Source: Podarcis bocagei (taxonomy: Eukaryota). From it: a stretch of 64,000 nt of DNA. A program made the position numbers and the translations under genes. The stretch lies in the NCBI GenBank assembly GCA_964188305.1, contig OZ076898.1, one strand, 5' to 3'. Each line of letters opens with the position of its first letter. Position 1 is the stretch's first letter. Below are positions 24,192 through 33,161 of the stretch, one piece after another. The notes below the pieces were generated by a model that had not been told where the DNA came from, made no database searches, and saw only the letters and a list, made by a program, of their open reading frames with translations.

Positions 24192-25585
24192 ATTTAAAGT
24201 GTACCTACCCATGTTCTTATGTCTTCATTATGACCCTGTTCTGTTCTATGTCCCATTGCTTTCTTTTTTTTTTAATAAAGTGGGTAGACACATACAATTG
24301 TGTAATGTTGACTAAACTAGACTAGATCATGGTGTTACTTGTAGGTTCTTTTGGCTTCATCTCTGCTTGTCTTTAGATGTAAGGCTAAGATAATGACATT
24401 TCAGCATGCATATGAAATGGATCCCACAGGAATGTCTGGGCTCTTTTTTATGCATTTCCTGGTTATTGCTGCTGAGGCTGTGTGTGGTGTATGAAAAGAG
24501 ATAAACAGATACAATTTCTATTGACTTGTTCCTAGAACAGATTTTTTAAACCTTTATTTCATTATATTTACTCTAAATTCAGTTGCCCTGAAGGTTATGA
24601 CTGTGGATAGAAAGTCAGAAATATTCTTATTTTATTTTTAAAAAACCTATAGTACAAATAAAAGTCTTTGGCAACTAATTTTTGATAACTATTTTGATTC
24701 ATTCATCAGAGTCATTGTTACTTGAATTCATTGACCATTACTTTGTTGGGTTAGTAACAGCAAGTTTTGCTTTAAATATGTGAGTGGGTTGCACTTCCAA
24801 TTCCAGCAATGAAAGTCAACGTACAATTTTCCATGCCAGAAATTAATGCTTCGAACATAAAAGAGACTCCTTAGCAGCTGGTGAATGAAATAAAAGCTGG
24901 TGTGAAATGCTCTTCCAAAATCTCTTATGCTGTTTGTGGGTGCTTATTTGTAACATAAATAACCTGTGATGGGAGGGAGAGAAGGGGCTGAAATTATCTA
25001 ACACGATTCTCACAAAACGATCATATGTGAAATTTATGCTCATTTAATGTTGAATAAAATTCCTGTGTTGGTAGTTCACATCAAAAGATCATTCTTCACT
25101 TCCTGTTTCCAGCGATGGAAAATGGCAGATCCCACACAATCGGACTTCAGCCGTTCCGATAATTCAGGGTTGATATGGGGGTAATTAGCCCTGGCAGCCT
25201 CCCCAGAGCAGAGGAGGACTGTCTCAATGACCCGCAGTTTGCCCCAGATTGCCGATGTGGCAGATGGCAGGGGCACTGGGTCACAGAGCTAGGGACAGCT
25301 GACACTCCTGCGACGCCACCCCATAGCCGGACGCATCTGTTTGGGAAAATATAAAGATTTGGAAAACAAACAGACATGCTCTAAATTGAAGAAGCTGGAA
25401 AAAAACCTGCAGAATGTACAGTCTCTGCTGCAAAAGATCGAACTTCAAAGAGATCCGCATCATGACGTTTGGAATGCGGAGGGGCTTGGTATGTAAAAAA
25501 AACATTCTTTTATCCTTAACATCAACAATCCATAATGCATGCCAAGTCTCATTAAGAACTTAAATTGCTCTTCAAAAAGTGAGTA

Positions 25586-26772
25586 CAGTGGTACCCCACA
25601 AGACGAATGCCTCGCAAGACGGAAAACCCGCAAGACGAAAGGGTTTTCTGTTTTGGAGGCGCTTCGCAAGACGAATTTCCCTATGGGCTTGCTTCGCAAG
25701 ACGAAAGCCCATAGGGAAATCTCCGGGGACCTGTTTTAAATTGCTGGCGGTCGGGAGCAAAGACTTTCGCCCACAGCCGGCCTTCAGAAGAGGTCCTGGA
25801 CCTCTTCTGAAGGCCGGCAGGGGGCAAAAGTCTTTGCTCCCCCCGCCTGCCTTCCCGGGACAGCGGAGACTTCTCCGCTGCCCCGGGAGATCTTAAAATG
25901 CTGGCGGGCGGGAGCGAAGCATTCGCTGCTGACGCCCAGCATTTTAAAATCTCCCCGGGACAGCAGAGAAGCAGCCCCGTGCTACCCTCTCCCGGCTGGA
26001 GAGGTGACGTGCGCCTATGGCAGGAGCCTCCATAGGCGCGGGTCACCTCTCCAGCTGGGAGAGCGCGCGGGGGGCTAAAGCAGCCCCTGCGACCCTCCCC
26101 CGGCTGGAGAGATGACGCGCGCCTATGGCAGGAGCCTCCATAGGCGCGCGTCACCTCTCCAGCTGGGAGAGCGCGCGCGGGGCTAAAGCAGCCCCCTGCG
26201 ACCCTCCCCCGGCTGGAGAGGTGACGCGCGCCTATGGCAGGAGCCTCCATAGGCGTGCGTCACCTCTCCAGCTGGGAGAGCGCGCACGGGGCTAAAGCAG
26301 CCCCCTGCGACCCTCTCCTGGCTGGAGAGGTGACGCGTGCCTATGGCAGGAGCCCGCCAGCATTTTAAAATCTCCCCGGGACAGCAGAGACTTCGCTCCC
26401 GCCCGCCAGCATTTTAAAATCGCCCCGGGACAGCAGGGGCTTTTAAAATGCTGGCGGTCGGCAGCAAAGCCCTCCTGTCCCCGGAGCTTGCGGGGCGGGA
26501 GGTGGGAAGAAGGGCTTTTCTTCCCACCACCAGCCTTCAGAACAGCCTTCTGAAGGCTGGGGGTGGGAAGAAAAGCCCTTGTCCCCCCCCCAGCCTTCAG
26601 AAGAGGTCGGGGGACAGACTGTCCCCGGACCTGGTCTGAAGGCGGTTTCCCTGGGAACGCATTAATTGATTTTCAATGCATTCCTATGGGAAACCGTGCT
26701 TCGCAAGACGAAAAACTCGCAAGAAGAAAAAACTTGCGGAACGAATTAATTTCGTCTTGTGAGGCACCACTG
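25586..26772. mobile_element. Tc1/mariner (Tigger/pogo-like) non-autonomous element, 1187 bp, with internal hairpin minisatellite
   Basis: TA|CAGTGGTACCCCACAAGACGAA...TTCGTCTTGTGAGGCACCACTG|TA, with subterminal CGCAAGACG repeats. Confidence 0.88.
25971..26354. repeat. Tandem array of 108-109-bp palindromic GC-rich units (about 3.5 copies)
   Basis: Units start at 25971, 26080, 26188 and 26297. Each folds about CCTATGG-CAGGAGCCT-CCATAGG. Confidence 0.9.
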
Positions 26773-27849
26773 TACAGATGGACTTTCATATATAATTGGG
26801 ATCTACTCGCAGCCACTTCTCTTCTAAGACCGGAAATGTCTGTTAAAGACGAAAACAAAGGACAAAGGTCTCCCACCACATCGTTACTGAATATCTGAAA
26901 TACTTCCCTGATTAAGAGAAACAGGAGCTAACGGGTGGTTGGTTATAAAGACTGGAAACAATATTACATATACAACTGTTTGCAAAAAGATGTTTTTTTG
27001 ATTACGAGCGAGAGAGAGAGAGAGGGCTAAATGGATGTCTGGCAGCCCCCCTCCAGGGCCCGGAGGGGGGACTGGGAGGATTCCAAAGGCCAGTTGCTAA
27101 CTGTCTGATATATGGCTACATTGCAAACTGTCTGCTTAAGATAAATCAACAAGGAGGGTACGCATCAAAAGATCATGGAAGCAATCGTCAAAGTAGTGAA
27201 GACTGGAAAAAGTAGGGACAAGCCCACTGATAACTTCAACAACATGACCCAATACTTAAGACTGATCCACAATTGTGTCCAACACTGGCATTTGCAATGA
27301 GGTTTCCAAATGCAAGAAGACCTCACAAAACATATTTATGTACAAAGTGGACATTTAATAGGGAAATTAATTGTAAAGAATTGAAAATGTAAAGAATAGA
27401 AAAATGTGTATTTTACAGGAGGAGTGCGTTCAGAAAGTGTAAAAAATGGATGCAATTTAAATTCAGAGATTGTTAATCATTTCAAAATGAAAGGGTTTGT
27501 GTTTCCTTTGGAATGAGGTACAGCAGAGGCTATTCCAGGAATGAAAATCCTTGCTCAGATTTTAACACTTGCCAGATCCTGTGATTTGATGGGGGGTCTA
27601 GGAATACAGATGAAACAGTAACAGTATTGTTTCTCAAACCAGCTTCACTCCAGCAAGAGTCCTTCAGCCTTTCCTAATTCATCTCCAGCTGAGGTGTGAA
27701 CACCTAACACACTGACATCCTATTTCAAAGCATAACATTTTGCTTTGGATCCTTCCCAAGTTTCTTTAACCAAATCTATTGCTCCAGTTTAAAATCATAG
27801 ACCTGTCTCAGATGGTTTGCTCTCAATATTTACTTATTGTCATTATACC

Positions 27850-28035
27850 CCCCCCTTTCCTCCAAGGAGCTGGAGGTCATCCTTCCCAAGTTTAACCTCA
27901 TGACAGTTCTGTAAGGTAGCTTAGCCTGAGAAAATTGGCGCAAGGTCACCCAGTTATCTTAATAGCTGAACAGAGATTTGAACCTGGGTTCACTAGTCCT
28001 AGTCCAACACTCCAAGCTCTACACTATACCGGCTC
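27850..28035 (-). mobile_element. MIR/CORE-like SINE
   Basis: CAAGGTCACCCAG...GAGATTTGAACCTGG...CTCTACACTATACCGGCTC is the reverse of a tRNA head plus core. Confidence 0.65.
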
Positions 28036-28309
28036 AGAATAGTCAGAATAATTTACTTATGTTAATCAGATTCAGTACTTAATTTGAGCTGCAGCATGAC
28101 ATTTAGGTCAATAAAAAAGATATAACCACCATGTAGGTTTTGAAATCGGTTTCCCATTCAGTCTGCATTCAGTCAGCACTTCACTCTTAAGCATCCCTTA
28201 CATAAGACTGAAGTTAAGGGTCAGTGGTTTAAAGATAGAGGGGAAATATTTCTAGGAAATATAGAAAATTGCATCACTTGTTTTGTAAATCAGGATTTGC
28301 AAATCCTCG

Positions 28310-28454
28310 TGGTGATGTTCTCCAAGGAGTGATTCACTACAGAAAGCAGGGAGGCTCAATTGATTCCTCTTTGTCACAAACTATAAATCATCTACTAAAG
28401 ACCACACTTCAACATTTTGACAGTTTCTTCTTCCAGACAAAGACAGAGGTGAGT
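28310..28454 (+). promoter_or_regulatory. Putative promoter and first exon of OR14 'A' gene (O/E-like TTCTCCAAGGAG, TATAAA at 28382, donor AG|GTGAGT at 28449)
   Basis: Conserved in the duplicate at 43435-43625 (donor AG|GTAAGT at 43620); matching acceptors at 29322 and 44130. Confidence 0.6.
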
Positions 28455-29411
28455 AGAATCCTATTAGTTCATCATCAGTGCAGACTAGGACTTGAAAGGT
28501 GTTCATATTTCAGTTATGAAAAGACTGTAAAAGGTTTAATACAGCAGTAGGATTAATGAAAAAACATTATTCTATGAAAAAATAGGTAGTATTTATAGGT
28601 AGGAGAAGATAATAAAGTGGTGTTTCAAAATTCTGGCGTTTCGGCTGATTATCTCATATTAAGAAAGGAGGCAAGCCCTACATACAATTGTCTGCATGTT
28701 TCAAAATTCTGGTGATTGGGCTTAAAAGCCTCATGATTTTTCATTAATGTTAAAACGTTTAATACAGTAGTAGGATTAATGAAAATATGATTATTCTATG
28801 AAAAGATAGGTAGTATTTATAGGTAAGAGAAGGTAAAACAGTGGTGTTTCCAAATACTGGTGATTTGTCTTAAACTCTGAACGCTCATCAAAGCCAAATT
28901 ATTTTTCATTAATGCTAGCTGGTATGTGGTTTGCATTTTTAAAAATAAAGTAGAAGCGTTATGGGTCACAAAAAACAAACAAAAACACCATCATTAAGAT
29001 CCTTTATGCAAACAAACAAATGAGAATCTGCTTATTTGCATCTAATAGCAAGGTTGCTCTGATAAGCTGTAGTGTGTATTTGATTCTACTTTCTCAATCT
29101 TGATTCAACATGAAACCAAGATGGGTCTTTGCAGAGATGCTCCCCATGCTCCTTTTCAACTCTCAAATTCTATTAGTACTGGGGAGAATGAATGGTGTCA
29201 GTTGAATGTCTACTGCTGGCATAACCCATTACCTCATATTGGGTTAGGGAGCAAACCCCACATACAATTGCCTGCATGTTTCCTCATCCAACAGACTTTC
29301 ATTAACTCCTTTCTAATTTTAGGTGTTACAAACACCTCTGCTGGTGCTGCTAAAACACAATAACAGAGCTACTCTTCAAGAAATTGTTTTAAGAAATACT
29401 AAAGAATTAAG

Positions 29412-30347
29412 ATGGCCAACCAATCTACAGTGACAGAATTTCTTCTGATGGGGTTTTCCAGTAATCGAGAAGAACAATTGTTTTACTTTGTGATATTTCT
29501 CTCCATTTATTTAACAGCCTTAGTGGGGAATTTCCTAATCACTATTGCTGTTGCCCTGAACCACAAACTGCACACTCCTATGTACTTCTTTCTGGTCAAC
29601 CTATCATTATCAGACATTTGCTACATCTCAGCCACTATCCCCAAATCCATAGCTGCTTCTTTGTCAGATGACAAAAGGATTTCCTTTGCTGGCTGTGTTG
29701 CACAAGTTTTCTTAGTTTTCACTTTTGCAGGTTCTGAGCTTGCCTTGCTCACTATCATGGCTTATGATCGCTATGCTGCAATCTGCCATCCTCTACAGTA
29801 TGAGCTAATCATGAACTGGGATGCCTGCATCCAAATGGCAGCTGCTTCCTGGATAAGCAGTGCAATCCATTCATCATTACATACCATTATCACTTTCAGG
29901 CTACAGTTCTGTGGGTCCAATATTATTGGGCAGTATTTCTGTGATGTCCCTCAGTTGCTTAAGATTTCTTGTACTGATACAAAGGTTAACCAAATTTTGA
30001 TCATTGCCATTGGGTTTATTGTAGATTCATTTTGTGGAGGGTTCATCTTTCTTTCCTATGGCTACATCTTCTCTGCTGTGCTGAGAATCCCTTCTGTTCA
30101 AGGCAGATATAAAGCTTTCTCTACCTGCATCCCCCACCTGACTGTCTTTTCTTTATTTATGAGCACAGCTGTGTTTTCATACATGAGACCTAAAGCACTT
30201 TCTTCTACAACAATGGATTTGCTCTCTGCTTTATTGTATAATGTTTTGCCACCACTAATGAATCCTGTTATTTATAGCTTTAGGAACAAAGACATCCAAG
30301 AGGCCGTGTTGAAAATACCGAAAAGAATTAGAAGTCTCCTGGCATGA
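29412..30347 (+). CDS. Olfactory receptor, family 14-like ('A'), 311 aa
   Basis: Motifs [34 protein letters not shown] and PPLMNPVIYSFRN. Confidence 0.95.
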   Translation: MANQSTVTEFLLMGFSSNREEQLFYFVIFLSIYLTALVGNFLITIAVALNHKLHTPMYFFLVNLSLSDICYISATIPKSIAASLSDDKRISFAGCVAQVFLVFTFAGSELALLTIMAYDRYAAICHPLQYELIMNWDACIQMAAASWISSAIHSSLHTIITFRLQFCGSNIIGQYFCDVPQLLKISCTDTKVNQILIIAIGFIVDSFCGGFIFLSYGYIFSAVLRIPSVQGRYKAFSTCIPHLTVFSLFMSTAVFSYMRPKALSSTTMDLLSALLYNVLPPLMNPVIYSFRNKDIQEAVLKIPKRIRSLLA

Positions 30348-30761
30348 TTACTTGCATTGTGTCTCATACACATCACAATCCCTGTGCATTGCATAAGAAT
30401 GCAAATGCCATTGAAAATAGCATAATAATGTATTATACTGCATAATAGTGCTTTGCAAATAGATGTGTATTGGGCAAATTTGCATATAAAATGTATATAT
30501 TAGGAAAGTTTCACACATGATGTTTCACGCATGAGTGCTAAAGTTGTGTCTCGCACATATACCAATTTTTTGTGCAAATTTCTAGTGCCCACTTTTGAGT
30601 GATGCCCCCCTCTTCCAGCCCATCTCCTGTTGTTCAGAATGTACTCAGTTAAAGACTGAATAAAAATGCATTTATTATTAAAAATAGTAATAGTGCTTCG
30701 TAAAAAGATGTGTATTGGGCCTATTGCAAAGAATAGAGCTTGGGAAAGACTTGGGAAAGTA

Positions 30762-31320
30762 CCGTATTTTTCGCCCTATAAGGCGCACCGGCCCATAGGA
30801 CACACCTAGTTTTCGGGGGAGGAAATCAAAGAAAATATATGATCTCTCCCCCCCCCCAGCTCTGGGAGCAGCGGACAGGCTGCACGCAGCCTGTGCGCTA
30901 CTCCAAGACCTTCTTCCTGCTTTTGCGGGAGGTGGCGGAATTCCCCCACCTCCCGCAAAAGCCCACAGGAGCCATGCGCGACTCCTGCGGGCTTTTCAAC
31001 CAGGAGGGAGAAGGGACTGAAACGGCCAGTCAGTCCCTTCTCCCTCCTCGGGGAAAAGCCCCCAAGAGCAGCGCGCTCTTTAAAGGCTGCACGGCTCCTG
31101 CGGGCTTTTCTACGAGGTGGGGGAATTCCCCCACCTCTTAGAAAAGCCCATAGAAGTCGCACACCCTTTAAAAATGTGTGTGCCCCCCCAACCCACAAAG
31201 GAACCCACAAACGGGCTCCGAAGTGAAGAGGGGGAAGTGGCGCGGTGCTGTGAGTTTACTGCTTTTTCTGTGGAGCAAAGCCGCATAGCCGTTGCCGGAG
31301 AGCGCTGCCTTTGGCATCTA
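30762..31320. mobile_element. Truncated Tc1/mariner (Tc2/pogo-like) element with GC-rich hairpin interior
   Basis: Left end TA|CCGTATTTTTCGCCCTATAAG; no matching right TIR seen, so the right boundary is approximate; hairpin at 30919-30962. Confidence 0.6.
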
Positions 31321-31750
31321 AAATAACCAACCGTGAGTACTGGAACAGTAAATATTTGGACTTCAGATAAGAACTGGCGAAATAAGAAGGAATCTGGACT
31401 CTATATTTATGTTTGTGTGTGTGTGTGTGTGTAGATATGTATATGTATATGCACATATTCCACGATGAGTTGATTATGGTATTTGAAAAGTCAATCAATC
31501 TCTGACTTTTGTCTTCTGGGTTTCTGGGGGTTTACTTGTTGTTATTCTGTCTCTCACAGCTACAATAAACCTACCATTAAAATTATGGACTGATCATTTC
31601 TTTGTCAGAGGGCAAACGGACAAATTTAGCAGGGGATCAAATACTATATATATATATATATATATATATGCTTTCGTAGATTTTCACGGGTACAGGAATG
31701 CAGGTTTTGGTGTCTTCGGGTATCTTCCCGTGTAAGAGTTGGGGTGTCTA

Positions 31751-31790
31751 GGCGACGTTTCGACGAGGTCTCACTCGTCATCTTCAGGCT
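31751..31790 (-). ncRNA. Minimal type-I hammerhead ribozyme motif (minus-strand copy)
   Basis: Reverse complement reads AGC-CTGAAGA-T-GACGAG-TGAGAC-CTCGTC-GAAAC-GTC-GCC. Confidence 0.7.
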
Positions 31791-31916
31791 GGTGCTTTCG
31801 GCTTCTTGTTACTAGAACAGAGCAGGATCTCAGTGTTTGAGTTCCCTCAACAGTATTTATAGGAACTCAAACACTGAGATCCTGCTCTGTTCTAGTAACA
31901 AGAAGCCGAAAGCACC

Positions 31917-31956
31917 AGCCTGAAGATGACGAGTGAGACCTCGTCGAAACGTCGCC
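31917..31956 (+). ncRNA. Minimal type-I hammerhead ribozyme motif (plus-strand copy)
   Basis: Core CTGAAGA at 31920-31926, extra U, 6-bp stem II GACGAG/CTCGTC, GAAAC, palindromic ACGT stem III, predicted GUC cleavage after 31953. Confidence 0.7.
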
Positions 31957-32072
31957 TAGACACCCCAACTCTTACACGGGAAGATACCCGAAGACACCAA
32001 AACCTGCATATATATGGAAGATACCCGAAGACACCAAAACCTGCATTCCTGTACCCGTGAAAATCTACGAAA

Positions 32073-32126
<54 letters not shown>

Positions 32127-33161
32127 TGTGGTAATCTGATGATTTGATATAAATAAAATTAATCTGATCTGGTCGCTTTTTTCTGCAATCCACATAATGT
32201 TTGCTCAAAATAAGCTTGACTGAATTCATTTTGGCTTATTGCTAGATAAATGGGATCTTCCTAACTGAGGGTCCACCTTGTACACAGGCCCAAGGCGTGT
32301 CTCTCCCCCCCCCCCACTATCCTTGATGAGGTGGGAGATTGAGCCCAGCCCACACAATGGCCCCACAATCACACCATGGCCTATTGGCCAAACAGAGATT
32401 GGTGGTGTGATCGTGGGGGAATATAAAAGGTGGTGGTACATTTCTGGGGATTCACCTGGCTTCTCTGTCTCGCTTTCAGATGGACCACTTCAGATCTTTG
32501 GCACTGGATGCACAGCAGTTGCTGGAGCCTTTTCTGGCGTACCTATGGAGCCTTGGAAGTGCATAGTTATGCAGGGAGTAGTCTCTTCCTTGGCCCCCTC
32601 CACATTTAAATCTTACAAGAAAGCCTGGCTGATTTTATAACGTTCCTTGTGCAGAATTTATCTATTGCTGTGGATCTTCTACAGATCAGGTTTTGCAATA
32701 CATAGCACACTTATATTAGCTTTGGCGTGCGGCTAAGACTCTTAAAATCCAGTCTGCTGCCATTTCTTTTTTTTTAGCAAATCCCTGTTTGCCCATGATC
32801 CGTGTGCAGCTTTTGTGCTCCGGAAGGCTCTGGAGGGCTGGCGTAGACTTCAACCATCTTCTGGTGTTGGCCTCAGGCCTGTCACCTTTGACCTATTATG
32901 TAAAATTCATGAAAAAATAATATCTGTTTGCTCATTCCGGTATGAGGCACGGTTGTTCTCTTCCAATTATTCTATCGCAATAGAATGGGTGAGGTTGTTT
33001 TTGAGGAGGTCCGTGGGGGGGGGGGGATTCCTAGGGGTCTGCACTTAGAGGACATATCTTTGGGAGAGGCAGAATTGGTGGTCCAGATTAGTCGGTCCAA
33101 AACGGACCAAAGAGGTAAGGAGGCCCTGCTTAAGTTGCCTGCAATGGTGCATGGAGGTTCC

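Larger units (their letters stand above)
31670..32074. mobile_element. Penelope-like element remnant: inverted pLTR fold-back inserted in (TA)n
   Basis: 31698-31845 is the exact reverse complement of 31862-32009; flanked by (TA)n at 31646-31669 and 32075-32122; contains hammerhead cores. Confidence 0.8.

Noticed and set aside
25681-26250. 189-aa repetitive ORF
   Set aside because: It is a by-product of the GC-rich minisatellite and has no protein-family features.
25971-26354. CRISPR-like array of palindromic repeats
   Set aside because: The units are contiguous with no unique spacers, there are no cas genes, and the context is a vertebrate MITE.
25090-27260. Degraded L1-like pieces on both sides of the large MITE
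   Set aside because: Only faint resemblance; boundaries and identity cannot be supported without an alignment.
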